DNA of 63,563 bases, counting the filler, from Ginglymostoma cirratum (lineage: Eukaryota): assembly GCA_024137785.1 (NCBI GenBank). It is 3 parts of 3 records of this genome, joined end to end, with 100 filler letters (N's around TTAATTAATTAA, not from the genome) between each part and the next. Parts side by side here need not be neighbours in the genome. Positions count along the whole stretch, not along the records: positions 30,253 to 61,043 come from JAHRHZ010000075.1; positions 61,144 to 63,563 come from JAHRHZ010000089.1; 1 more part is not named here. The stretch is one strand, 5' to 3'. A program made the translations under genes and the position numbers. Of this stretch, positions 50,266-63,563 are shown one piece after another (within the stretch, counting starts at the first letter, position 1; the number at the start of each line of letters is the position of its first letter). A model generated the notes under the pieces. It worked only from the letters and a program-made list of their open reading frames with translations, searched no databases and was not told where the DNA came from.

Positions 50266-53200
50266 TTTCTTACTCTTACGCTCCATCTGTTTCCTCTCCC
50301 CTTCCCCTTCACACCACAGAAAATGATTCACAATGTTTTAAATGACCAATGTTCGATAATGTGCCTAACTTCCCCATATGGCACATCTTCCGATCCCTTT
50401 CTCATGACCATTTTGACTGTGTTAACAGAAACCAAGTCCACAGTATGGCAATTTTTTGACATGGATTACACTTTGTTGTGGTATAGTATGATATTTTTGC
50501 ATTTGAGGTCCATTATAGTTGGAGAAGTCGATAGTTTTCAGTTTGAAAATGCTTCAGTGTATTTATCATAACTCTATGCCGCAATAAATATCTTGAATTC
50601 AAGCTTTCTTAGTAAAGCCTGGGAAACCTGTAGAAAGCTTATCTCATGAATCTGATTTATAACTGTTTGAACGAAAGAATACTGTCTCTTAAAGCAAGAT
50701 ATTTTCCTAACCAGACAGTTTTAAGACACTTCTATGGGTCTCTAAATGTGTTTGTTTTCACAAATATCGAAATTAATGTTGTTGAAGAATGGGTTGTGTT
50801 TTTACTTGTAGAGTCGTGTCTGTATTTTTGACTTAAAATATAAGATTTTTAAAAGAATGTACAAAAGCACAGCAGATAAGTACATTTGTGGTTTATACAA
50901 AGCTATAATGTATGGGTGGTTCAGAGGAAAAAAAACATACTTTTATTTATTGATGCTCCAGCAAGTTCTAGCGGAAGCAGAGCTGAGTTTCTGTGGAGCC
51001 ATAGCATGGGTCAGACCCATATACAACATTCCTGCTTCCGTGTTTAACAACCTGAGGAGCAAAACATCCAGTAACAACTGTGTGAAAATTCTGTATCTTG
51101 GGTTGCAGTTTGTTGCTCTGACATCCTGCAAGCCAGTCCTGTCCGTTCACAAACGTCAGGGCTGGTTCCTGACAGCATGCTATCTCTGCCTGGCCTGGGT
51201 TCCTTTCATTCAGGATTCATTGTGTGGAAAAGGGTTTGGTCAGGAATTCGGGTTCCTGCGAGTAATGCTCTCTCCCAGCCCCTTCAGCACTGACAGATGC
51301 CTGTTGTCGTGGACAAAAGAATTGGCTCATTGCTCCCTCTGTTCCTCCTTGCATCCGAGGTTGGAATTTACACTGTCTACCATTTGTGATAATGCATGAA
51401 AAGATAACTAAACAAAACCATTGCCAAATTTGTTTAACTACCCTGTAGAATTTGTAGAGACTGAATTTGAAGATAGGATTTACAAGAAAGAAAAACAAAG
51501 AGGAATAAGAAAAAATGCATTTGGTTTCTTTTATCTCAGGTTCTGTCTGAATTTGAACTTGTGCATGTTTTAATATGTGTTTTCATTTCTCTCCATATTG
51601 TGTAAAAGGAACAAAAGTAGCTTCCATTTAGTCGGCTTGGAACCATAAGGTAAAAGCTATGCCTACCTGTAAAAATCAAAGGTTTTACAGATATGAAGAG
51701 ATAATGAGCCTTCTCGTCATTTTTTGTAAGCCTCAGTACCTATAGCCCCCTGAACAGCTGATGCCAACATGATTTTTGTGTTGTGCTGTATTACCAGCTC
51801 CATCTAGTGGTTTTACCTTTCTGCTGTTAGACTGCAGAAGTAGGCTCTTCAGGATTTCCTGTGAAATGCTTCACCAAAATTTGTTATTGCATTTCAAACA
51901 CCATAATGTTAATTTCTTTTCCACCATACTTGAAGGTTTCGGCCACCAATGTATGACTGCAGCTTTCAAACTATTTGAAATGTTAATTGATTTTTGTTGG
52001 TGCTCTGCTTCTAAAAATGTTAGACTTTATTGAGAGGTGGACTTTTAGTGAATTTTTAATTGTGAGAAACTGGACATTAGGGAAAACACATGACTGGTAA
52101 GATTTGTTGATTTTTATCTCTAATCTATATGGAAGTGATCTGCAACACTTACAGTCCTGGTGTAAACAAGCATTATAGCAAAGTGAACTTAGTTTGCCAC
52201 TAATAGATCAACAGAAAGGAAAGGCCTTGGAAGTTTTTGCCTGGTGTGTGCTATGGGGTAACTTTCAGAGTAAGTAGTCCAGATGGCACCCAGTACACTA
52301 CAGCCATTTGTTTTTTTTTTGTCTTTACTGCAGAGGAGGGAAAGTTCACTGAAGCATAAGCTATTACCCTTGCATTTCAACAGAGCTAACTGGCCATCAG
52401 TCAGATAATAAGGATGTAGCAGAGGTTGGGGGGTGGAGTGGGTGTGGGGGAAAGAGATTAAGCTTGTAGTTTAGCTCTTCAGCTGTGGTACTGTAAGGGC
52501 ACAGGAAACTGAACAACACTCTTGGCCTAGTTATGAAGAAGCCTAAGAGTTGTCCCTCCCTGACAGATTTCACTTGGGTGGGTCAGCCTTGCCAGCAGGA
52601 GGCTTTAAGAAAACACTAATAGCTTCCAGCTGTGTGGAAAATCAGGCTCTTTAGAGTCAAAATGGGAGATTTGAATTTCAAAGCATGCTAATGCTTTCAT
52701 TTCTGTTCACTACCATTTGGCCATAAAAGATTATTTTCCAATATGTCAACCCAATTGATGGCCAGTGGTCCGAGAATGAAAGGGAAACAAGCAAGCGGGG
52801 AAATTTGTACATTGGTGAATCCGCCCTCCAAGCTGGTGTGGCTTTTGTGGAAAGACCCACCATGAGATGAGGGGATCTTAATAACCATTCTTCAATTGAT
52901 CATTGGCTGATCATTGACTGCTATGGTATTCAGTTTATCAAGTCTTGCACAAAAGTCAGAAAAGGCTTCATTCAACTTTGTTAAAGCAAACTCTTAGAGT
53001 AAAATGCTTTATTTGAATTCATTTTGCCTTTTTATTATAATTCTCTTTCCTCTTTTGTTAATGTAGCCTAACTTAAATGAGTCCTTTTATTTGGTGGTTT
53101 GAATATATGAAACTATTAATTCCATTATGAAAGCCCAATGGGAAGCAGGGAGCAGATGGGGTAGAAAACTTTGGTTGCTTTCAATTTGTGTCAATGAGGT

Positions 53201-56200
53201 TTCAGTTCTTTAGAATTAACTCACTTAATACCTACTGTGTGAAGTCATGAATTCACAGTGTATCAGATTTAGGTAATTAGTGGCCAGTAGATGGCTAAAG
53301 TTGAGCTATCCTGGAGAAAAGTCTTGATACAGCTAGTGTATTGTTACTGAATCGTGATTTTGTGAAATGTGTTTTAAGATTTCTGTTTTCTCTGGCTAAG
53401 CAGTTTCACTGTTTTAAATGTTTTTTTAAATTTCTGAGCTGTTTAATATTGTGTTTGTTCGATGTTCCATTCAAAGTTTTTGGTTTCTACTTTTGTAGTC
53501 AATTACAATGCTATAATTTGAATTAACAGCTAGTTATGTCAACATTTTTAATGATTTCTGATTGGCTGAAATGTTTTTTGTTTGTGTTATTTAATTGGCT
53601 GATTAAACCATTACTTACACTTTTCTTGACCAGTCATAATTTTGATTAGGGTAGCTGAAACTATGATCAATATTAACAAGTTGATGTTGAAATGTTTCAG
53701 TTTAAAACGTTGTGTTTAAAAAATAAGTATGGTTTGGAATTGCATTCACTACTTATGCTGAACCTTGTAATCCTCTGATAGTATCTTGAATGAAGATGTT
53801 TGCGTCTGGGGACCTGGGTTGACTTGTCACTATTTAACATTGTTGCTTCAGTTGGTGGGTGCCAGCAAATTATGTTCACATTTCAGTAGATTATTTTTCC
53901 GCTACTAATACCAAGAATAGTTGAAGTGCAGTGAGTCGCATCAATTGCAAGTCGTAGCTACTTGGGTTAAACCATACTCGGGGAGGCTGCCACATGTGTG
54001 GCACCTTTTCTGTAATTAAATAACCCATAGATAAAGGCCTTATCCAGATGATGGTTACAGAAAACACTAGAGAAGTATCCGATGCACAAGCATCCTTGTC
54101 TTGTCATTCCTTTCAGTGATAGACCACTAGGTGAGAATCCCTCAGGAATTGGTTCATGTTAATGTGGATCAATTTGAAGCCGCAATTACTGTTGTGAGGA
54201 TATGGTCCTAGCACTTAGAAGAGCTGTTTCAAGAAGAAAGACAAAAAAAAAAAGTGAAATTGCTTGTGGTCTGAAATGCATGTCTGTGGTATAATCCTTT
54301 GATAGCTGGTGTATGTTGTCGAAGAGCTGACAATTATTGCTGTTCATAACCCTTTGAGGTGCTCCTGACAACACTGGATTTTTTTTTTTCTTAAAGAGCT
54401 GCATTACATTAGGAAACAGCTTATTGGCTGCTGCACTGCTGTGAGTGTTTGTTAACTGACATCAGTTGTCAGAGAGCCATGGATTGATCCATATGTGAAC
54501 AGAGCATATTCATAGCTCTCAAAAAAGGTCAGTTTTTCCTGTGTTCCCACATGGATTTCATCAGCGGTTTAAGGCGGCTACAGGGAAAAAATGCATTTGC
54601 ATTGACAGAGGCTGATTGCTGGGGAATCTGCATTCAGACACATGTGAATCATATGCTGTAAGGAAGGCAGAAGGAATGCTACAAGCAGTGTAGTGGAAGG
54701 ATTGCTAAGAGTGGGGACAAACGAATCAAAGAAGGAAAGGTTTACATTTCCGTTTTTGTAAGGAACGACACAGCTTGTCTGAAGACTTCACAGCAATATA
54801 TCCCTGTGCCTGACGTCTTCCTTGCCCTCCCCTGCGTTGGAGCTAGTAAGAAAGGTACAGTAAGAAGTCAGATGAGGGTCTCGGGCAGAGATAATTTGTG
54901 CATACATCCATGTCATTGTTCTGCCTGAAGAGATTGGGCTTGGTTCAAGGCCACATGTGCTCCTGTCATCATTCACATTTCTGCTCCAAGTACAATTCGG
55001 AGTGTCAGCTCTCCATCTGTCTCTGCCTGGCAAAAGCACGCACCCAGTTTCCTGCCTCTAGGTAGGATGCTGCAGCAAGCCTTATGGCAGTCTGTTTTTT
55101 TACTGATCATTCCAGAGCAGGAGACAGTAGGTCTGCTGACTACAGTTTTGCATTTTTTAAGGAATTTAAAAGTGTGTAGCTCATTCAGTAATGCCAGGTG
55201 AGTCTTATGGAGGTGACCTGTTCGCCAAGCATATTTAACAATGACAGGGTATTTTATTTTAGTTACTGTCAAGCTAGAAGTGAAATTATAACCATTTATT
55301 GACTTGATGATAGGGTCTTGTTTTGTGTGCAATGTGTCACATTTTATTAGTCATGCAATGTGTATTATCTGTTAAGCCATGTGACTGATAGTCTTATATT
55401 ATCTTAAGATAAAATATGTATCAAGAGAGCCTGAAAGTGCACAGCTGTCTGTTTGCAGATTATTTGGTTAGAGGTCCAGAAGTGGCTGCAGTTTAAAGGA
55501 GAGTACACATTGCAGATGGTGTTTTGAAATTGTATCTGCTTGCTTATGCTGCTGTGTAGGCATTGCCAGTTGTTGAAGGTTTTTCTTGGGGAGTTGCTGC
55601 ATGGTCTTAGGCAAAAAAAAATGTCCTGTTAGTTGACTATTTTACCAGACCTAATCAATCCTACATTACATTCTCCTGATACTTAGTGGATCCTGCTTGT
55701 TTCCAACTCATTTTTATTAATTTGTTTCAGGCTGCAGCTACGCACCTGAGGATGTTCTTGTGTACTGTATTGTTTTCCTGGTGATATGTGAAAGCTAGTG
55801 TGCTGTACTGTACTGTCAGCCTTTGTAATGTGGTACATAAAATACAACTAACATGTGCAACCACAAGCATGTGCAGGATTTAATCTACTTGAGCAAATCT
55901 GACATTTGGCTATTTTTCTTGACACTCATCTCTACTATAGTCTGTTAGAATGGTCTTCCCAACCTGCCCCTAGAGCTGTGGTTGCATTCCTTCATCATTC
56001 AGAATATGACTGGTAAGATCATAACTTCAAAACAAAGTAATTGGGGTCATAAACTCTAGCTGCACGACTGTTAATTTCTGAAAAATTTCTAAACTTTTTA
56101 ACTATTCAATGTTTGCTAAAGCTCAGATTGGCAAGAGAATTCTGTGTTCAGGTGAGGAACTTCTTTCAGCACGAATTTGGATAAATCAGGAGCCTTTTTA

Positions 56201-59200
56201 AAAAGAGGTTTGACTATAATCATGCATTTTCCTGCTTTTTTTAATCTCACAACTTCTTCTAACCAACAAACTTTCATATTTAATGCAATGAGTTGACAAC
56301 AAAATAGCCATAAACGTGCTGGAATGCTCTTTTTTTCCATATTTAACTGTTAAAACAAAATCCCTGGCTATCATTATCAGCAGTAGCACAGAATACAAGA
56401 AGTTGAATGGCAAGCTATTAAAAAAAAACACAAGGAACTATTTAACAAAGATAACTGCAGTGAATACAGAAGAGTGAATAACCTAACATTATATTAAAAA
56501 TGTTAAAAATCCTGTGTTAAATTGGCTTTCATTTGGCCCTGTTGTCCCATAATATTTGTGTTCCTGCCAACACTTTTAAATGCAAGACAAATATAAAATT
56601 CAATTGGTGTAAACAAGTATTTGTGTGGAGCTCTGCCTTTGGGAGTCATGTTACTTTATTTTAGTTTTGTATATTGGTATGTATTTCAGTCTGAGATGTG
56701 CTCAAGTATGGATTTAGTATGCTTTGCTCATAAATATGCAAGCAGTAAACTGTGTGTTCTGTCAGGCTGCCGTGTATGGAGGAGAGTATTCAAGTGAGAG
56801 GCTACTATAGTGTACAATTTCACAAAGCAAATCTTGTGAACCCTGTACAGTACTTCCAAAGAACAGATGCACGCTTATAAATACAGCACCATTAATGCAT
56901 CTGGCATTGCTCAGGGTCATTTCCGTGAAAGACCATCAGTGATCATGGTCATTGTAGTACAAAATGATACTGTTCTGTTAGAAATGGCCTGGCATTAGGT
57001 CAGACCACCCTCTTAACTTCTGCTGTCCAGATGTGGCTACAGCTCATTTTCTTTACATTTCAAAAATTGGTTCTGTTTTCAGAATCTGGTTCTACTTAGG
57101 ACATCTCCATCCTGGGGCGCATTTCATAAATTGTCCACATATTTTTCTTAGCAGAGAACTTAACTGGCTGTAATTTTTAACACATGGCTATGTCATGTGA
57201 TATTTTCAAAACACTTGCAGACAGCACTGAGCAAGTCCCAATAGAAATAAACAGCCATTCTGCCGCCAGTCTTTTTTTTTAAATAAGTATAAAAGACTTA
57301 CCTGCATTTTACTTGAAGAAGTTTTATTTTAATATAAATTGCCATCTTGTTGGTACAATTGTGACACCTTGAAAATGAGCAATTTATTGCATCTTGTAAT
57401 TTGACTTAACTTCAATGAAGACCTGTTAAAATCTGCAAACATTCTTTATTTTTCTTCTAACTTGAAATATTTATTGCTTTGACCATTATCTATAAGCAGC
57501 CAGTCATGCTTTTGTTCCGTAAGGTGTCCAGTCTGTTTTCTGGAGGGCACGTCAGATTGTTCAGTATTTCTCAAAGATGACAGAAGTCCAGATTCTTTTC
57601 TTGCTCTTATTTCTGTAAAAATGCTTTCACATAAGATTAGTTATGGTTCAGTCTGATAGTTTAGAGGTTGTCTTAAGTTCTTGCTAATGGTTTAAGGATT
57701 GATTTGTATAATTTCTTTTAACATAAAGTGCTTGAATGATACCAGTCACCCTGAAACACAAACTAAAACATTAGCCATTTGTTTATAACAGGCTGACTAA
57801 TCTAATGAACCAAATGATTTTCATATTATGGGTCCTGAGACCTCATGTGCTGTGGCAGCTTTGTTCCAGCAGTAGAAGTCTCCTGAAGAGTCATCTACCA
57901 GAGCCATGTGGGTCACATATGGCTTCGCTAGACAAGCAGCATCCGACACTGGGCAAAGAGTATTCAACATTAAATATTTTGTTTTGAAGCATCTGAGAAA
58001 TTTAAACAAAAATAGAAACTCTTTTTAATAACCTGCACAGAACCACCATTTAAGGATTTAATTTGTGTTTACATTTACTACAAAAAGATTCAAAGCGGGC
58101 ATTTCTTTGGTTTCTGCCTAAATTTTGCCTTATAATTTTGTGCATTTCATTTTATGTTTCAGCATTTCAGTACTGGACGTGGCTTTCTGTAGATAGGGAT
58201 AGTGACAGAAATTCAGTGATGACTGCTTTAAAATTGCTAATCAAAGGCTAATATACTGTCTACTGCTTCCATGCTTTTTTTAAAACAACTTGATTAATGC
58301 AAAGTGTGGTGTAACAAACAAATAGGGAATATATTTCTGTACTGTAATGGCATCCCTGTCTAAATTGATTTTAAAACTGTGCACAGAGCTGTATCCGAAT
58401 GATTAATTTTGCTCATGTTTTTAAAATGCATCTATCAGAATAGTCTTAGGAAAAGAATGCTGCCACCATTTTCTTTTGGATTTAAATGAAAAGGCCTTTG
58501 ACCTTGTCTATAAAACAATATCTCGGCAAGCTTTTGTGCTACAGCAATTGGTAGCTCTCCCGCAGGCACTGTGCAGATAGCCTGCTGCAGTCCCACCGCC
58601 CTCACCTTATTTAATATAATGGAATAAAACTACTTTTGGAACCACCTGGTACAGATGAGGCAACCCCAGGGATGTGCTCTTCAGGGATCGAGGAACCGAA
58701 TGCTAAGAAATGTGAAAAATCTAAGGGGACAACTGGGGGATTGCAGGAAAAAAACAGTGCAGGGACACTAATACATCTTCCTGACAAGCAGAGGTTTGAT
58801 GGGACATGTACTGCACACTGTTCCATCTGGTGCTTATGATTGCATGGTATATTAGCATGCTGCAAGTTCATAATGTATTCAAGGCGAGAAATCATCCCCT
58901 GCATATCAAGTGAGCTCTCCTTCCCAAGACTGCCTTTGAATCTTGATGATCATGTCTTGCATGTTCCACCTGTGTTATACAGGACAAGAATTTTCTTTCT
59001 GTACACACCACAAGAGACATGCACCCCATGCATTTGCTGCAGTGGTGGATCTGCTTATTTATGTCAACACACAAGTTGGATTGTAATCAAACTTACCTAG
59101 TGGCTTATTAGAATCGTAAACCAATTCTCCGATCCAGCCTCTAATTATAGAGATAATTACTATCAAACAGCATGAGTTAAGGGGTTGGGTCACAAGTGCA

Positions 59201-61043
59201 GATATATTCAGCATTGGTTACAGAATCATCATCCCAAGCTTTTTGGCTCACAGTAAGATTTTCACTGCACTCCCAGGCATCAGTACTGAAGAGACCCCAA
59301 TGTACCACAGTATTTGGTCATGGCACGACATATTAGTTTCAAATTTCAGCAGAAGTTTTGGTTGCAATTGAGGACATTTCCAATTACCCTCCTTGGTGAT
59401 AACATTTCAAAACATTAACTTTCATTACAGTGTGCTGCCTTTGTAATTAAGATGTACTGTCACTGTTCAGTCGGGCTACTTGCTAAATTCAGAGAAATAT
59501 GTAGGAGTGAGTGTGGGTAATCTGAAATATTTTAGCAAATGTTTGCAAGATTCCTTGGATGTTTTAACCTATAACTGTAAATAACTGAAAAACTGTAAAT
59601 CTCCACTTTTGGAGATACAATGAACATGTCACTTTACACATTTGAACACTATAAAATCCCTGGAAACCAGATCCTAATAAGTCACTCACTTTTATGAAAG
59701 AACACGTTGTTTAAAACAGACTGAATAATTAATATAGTCTGTGTGTTTGTAGTGAAGTAATTCCATTAGCTTTATATAGCGTCATACATTCAGGATTTTC
59801 ACAGATTGGATGCTATTAGATAAAGGAATTTGGCAGTCATTTTCAGACAGCTTCCCTTTTTAACAATTAAAAAAAAAACTCTCAAAATTGCTTTACTTTT
59901 TCGTCCCTGGCTTTTTGTTAATTGCCTTTTAACTTATTTAGACTCAGTTGCATGTGCCATCATCTTGAAGGGAAATTATTTCATGTCATTGCTCTCAAAC
60001 TTTTGTTTCTCTTCAGCGTTTAACATATGCATAATTATTTTCGAATTAAAGGCTATGACGGTATCCTCTTTGGGGAAAATAAAGTATTTTCACTTCAAAT
60101 AAGTGGTTCTTTTCTTGGGGAAGGGAAGGAAGCGAAGTGAACATTCCTATGATCGTGCTTTTAAATTTGGAATCGAGTACTTCAGAAATCTTTACCATTT
60201 TGAGCTGAAAAGATTATTTTGTACACTTAAACTGTAGCTTTGCTAAAAAGAATCATCATTCAGAATGATTGTGCTATCCAGAACAAATGGAACTGATTTA
60301 TAAATACTCAAACCATATTTTCTGAGTTTATATCAAGTCACTAACTTTACTAGAGGCTTGCTTTTTTTTTGGACATGGATTAGGACTGGCCCATTACTTC
60401 AACATTATCTCCATCATGAATTGATTGCGCTAAACAGCACTGAATGAGTTGCAGATGGTGGCATTACATTTAATTTGGAGGACCTCTCTGCTCTGGCTCC
60501 ATCTGATCCAGGCAGGTTGGCTGTGTATGAAACCTTCTGGCTGACACCAAACTGTCAGCACAGTAGAAGCATGTGTCTGCTGGGTTGGGGAGGCAGTTTT
60601 AATCCTCAGCAGAGCTGTGCTGCAGATGGAGATGCTTGGGTGACTATTTTGGATAGCTTTCAAGATTTCTTAAGGAAGTTCTGTATTAGAACTAATTGTG
60701 TGTGCTAAAGTGTAAAGATACACAGAAGTAACATGATTTCAAATTTATAATTACAGTTTATGCTTCAGTACTTGTAGAATGCTGTAATATTTAAGCATGA
60801 GGGATATATACCTCTTGTATAAGTAACAGATTAATTCCACAGGCTTCTCTCCCATGTGTTTTGGAGCTGGTTATCTGGACAGTCTTTTTTTAACAGTACA
60901 GCATGAGTGTTAGCAGAATGGAAACCAGATGGGCTAGCAGTTCTCACCGTTATCTCCCAGCCAGCCTGGCAAGCTCACTGCCTCAGCATGTCCGGAATAT
61001 TTTCCTTTTTAGTTAGGAGACCCTGAATTCTCTTCTCTTTTCT

Positions 61044-61143
61044 NNNNNNNNNNNNNNNNNNNNNNNNNNNNNNNNNNNNNNNNNNNNTTAATTAATTAAN
61101 NNNNNNNNNNNNNNNNNNNNNNNNNNNNNNNNNNNNNNNNNNN
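61044..61143. other. Artificial contig spacer
   Basis: Identical 44 N + TTAATTAATTAA + 44 N layout. Confidence 0.95.
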
Positions 61144-61194
61144 TCACACACCACAGACACACACACTCTCACACACACACACATATTTGCCTTG

Positions 61195-61620
61195 ACACTG
61201 TCCCAATCAAAAACTGCTGGGACTGATCCAGCACAGAGTTACATACAGAGTAAGGCTCTCCCTACTGTTTTTAATTAGAAAAAAGGCCAACTCTACACAG
61301 TCTCCAAGTGTAGGACAGGTACAGTATAAGGTGAGATGCACAGTGAAGCCCCCCTGCTCTTTTAAACTGAAAATAAAGCTCCTTCTACACCATCTCCATC
61401 AAACACTGCCATGCCAAGAGCAGCACAGGGCTAATTGTGGAGTACAGCTCTCTATACTCTTTTAAACTGAAAGTAAACTGAAAGAAAAGCCTCCTCTACA
61501 TTGTCCCCACCAAACAGTCCGAGGACAGGGACAGTGCAGTGTTAGGTATAGAGTAAAGCTCTGCCGACACTGTCCCTATCAAAGGCTCCCAGTTTAGGGA
61601 GAATGCGGTGTTAGATACAA
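61195..61620 (+). repeat. Degenerate tandem repeat of about 65-70 bp units
   Basis: Recurring gagtaaagct..ctctacactgtcccc..caaaca.tccc.ggacagg.acag blocks; preceded by (CA)n at the gap edge. Confidence 0.7.
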
Positions 61621-63447
61621 CATGTGGAATTGGCCATATTTTGCTGAAGCAAGGCATTTGTCCTGTGATCCCTTCAGTGCTTGTTTAATTCTTAGATGTT
61701 TTCCCACAAAATTGCTGATGTGTGAGCAGATGACCCCACAGTGAGGATAATAAGGCATCTAGGAACTTCACGAACAACTGCGTCTAATCTAAGAGATTGG
61801 AGGATTAAGGCAAAAACGCACAAACTCAAAAGGAGGGTGAATTGGAGTGAGAGCATCCAAAGTCAAATCAGGCACAGAAACAGAAATAAAGTGAGGGAAA
61901 GAAAGGTTGGATTAAGGGAGAGAGAAAGAAACAGGAAGCAAATGTAAGAAAGAAAATTTAAATCTTTTAATTTAAAGATTTCCATTTTTGAAATCTCCTG
62001 AACCGATTCGCAATTGGAATCAGTCTCTATGATTCTAATGTTTTACTTTCTTGACAAGGGACATGGTTAGCGATGCTGAGAATCACTAGAAATAATTTTC
62101 TAGGCAATTGACTTTAAATCCAGCAGGTTCTTGAAATCCTTTTCTCAAAGTTAACCGCAACTTTTTGTGAAGCAACTTTCAAAGTTTTCAACAGTCTCTT
62201 TGGCCTTTTCCACAAATCGTTGGCAGAAGGCCCACAGAGATACATTAAAAACTCAGGAAGCAGAAGGATCATGGAAACAGCATAAGAAGTGGCAAGAACT
62301 GGGACAGCAGAGGGCATGGCTCAGGTATTAAATGAATACTTCGACTATCTTTCTTTTGTTTATATATTTCTCAATGTGTTTTGGATTCTTTTTCATGTTA
62401 GCCACTTATCCAAACTCATGCTCTCTCTTTGCCTCTTTTATTTGCTTTTTCAGATCTTCTCTGTGCTTTCTTTATTTGCCTTGGCCCCTCTGATGTGTTT
62501 TTAAATTTGTTGTACGCCCCCTTTCCTGCTTTAAAAGTTCCATATCTCTCAGTCATTTGGAAGCACAGTGCGCACATTGTGAATTTCACTTCAAGAAAAT
62601 AGATAGTTCTTTTCACAGGACAATACCCTGACTAATCAGAGTCAGCCTGCCTGGTTTAAAACTTAAACAGAACCTCACAGTTAATTGTCAATCGTCATTA
62701 CCTGCTCCGTTCTCCATGTCGTCACCTCTGCCAATCGAAGTGCGATTCCCAACCAATTAGTACCTTCCTCTCATGCCGCATAAATGCTGGTTAGCCTCCT
62801 GATTTGTTATGCTGGCCTATTGCCCCAATGAGTGCAAGATATAAAGCTTCAATGAAGCATGTCTTTTTTTCAGCAATCCTCTCTATATTTAGTCATCCAG
62901 GCACCTCCAGTTTCGAACATCCTTCCATTCTCCCTCAAGGGAATGTGTCTACAGCATATCTGAAGTATCTCCTCTGACAACTTCCCATTGTTCAATCTCT
63001 GTTTTCCCTGACACATTTTGATTCCAATCTCTTATTCTTTCATGGGATGAGGGTATCACTGAAAACGCCTGAATTTGTTGCCTAGCTGGGCAACCCTCGG
63101 GACATTTTTAAGCAGAATTTGGCTCCTGTGCCATGCATTTTAAAGTATTTTGTTTGTTCTGAAGTGTTTGGGTCTGCCTTGATGATGTTAAATCAGTCAT
63201 TGAAGATTTTGTTTGGTTCAGTTTTTACAGATGATCCTTCTTTCAAAGTGACCCTTTCAATGCTGCCACCAGCCAATGGTAAAAGGATTGCTTGGTGCTA
63301 TTTTATGATTAAACTTGTGCGATGGGTTTACGCTTGTGTGGAGCTGATATGAGATTATGTCAAAAGAGGACATTTGGAAATAACTGAGAAGTTACTTTCA
63401 GTCTCGCTATCATAGATCAATAAGAAGCCCAGTTGCAGAAAGACAAT

Positions 63448-63563
63448 CATAGAATCCCTACAGTGTGGAAACAGGCCATTCGGCCAAACAGGTCCACACC
63501 TCCCCTCCGAAGAGCATCCCACCCAGACCCCTTCCCCTACCCCTGCATTTCCCATTTCTAACC
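63448..63563 (-). mobile_element. HE1-type SINE 3' end (cut by window edge)
   Basis: catagaatccctacagtgtggaaacaggcc. Confidence 0.85.

Noticed and set aside
50857-51399. 180-aa ORF
   Set aside because: No recognisable domain, Cys/Leu-rich random composition, no supporting exon structure.
636-54602. Octamer motifs ATGCAAAT/ATTTGCAT (about 636, 1544, 34312, 38600, 54595) as Ig promoters
   Set aside because: Expected by chance in AT-rich DNA and none lies just upstream of a leader exon.
58636-58839. Hydrophilic ORF MEPPGTDEATPG... as a coding exon
   Set aside because: Non-ATG start, no convincing acceptor/donor pair, no recognised homology.
1-63563. Prokaryotic systems (CRISPR arrays, operons, terminators)
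   Set aside because: Sequence is intron- and retroelement-rich vertebrate DNA; no regularly spaced identical repeats with unique spacers.

Overview
Eukaryotic, most likely elasmobranch (shark) genomic DNA, judged by HE1-type SINEs, CR1 LINEs and hammerhead-bearing Penelope-derived repeats recognised from memory (no database search run). It consists of three pieces joined by two artificial 100-nt spacers (44 N + TTAATTAATTAA + 44 N at 30153-30252 and 61044-61143), so adjacency across the spacers is unproven. Piece 1 (1-30152) is repeat-dense and holds a decaying minus-strand immunoglobulin-superfamily receptor locus. That locus has a non-rearranging V exon with one in-frame stop, three paralogous C1-set exons (one with an open frame but a mutated acceptor, two frameshifted), and candidate leader, TM and cytoplasmic exons. 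Piece 1 also has a near-intact 5'-truncated CR1 LINE, a Tx1-like LINE inserted at the TATA-like box of a solo LTR, and the most striking structure in the window: two inverted Penelope-derived arms, each with a minimal hammerhead ribozyme core, enclosing an inverted 339-bp copy of nearby host DNA within a 17-bp target-site duplication. Piece 2 (30253-61043) looks like the promoter, non-coding first exon (donor at 34167) and long first intron of an unidentified plus-strand gene. Piece 3 holds a degenerate tandem repeat and repeat remnants. No intact host protein-coding gene can be demonstrated; most ORF-track entries are noise or transposon fragments.
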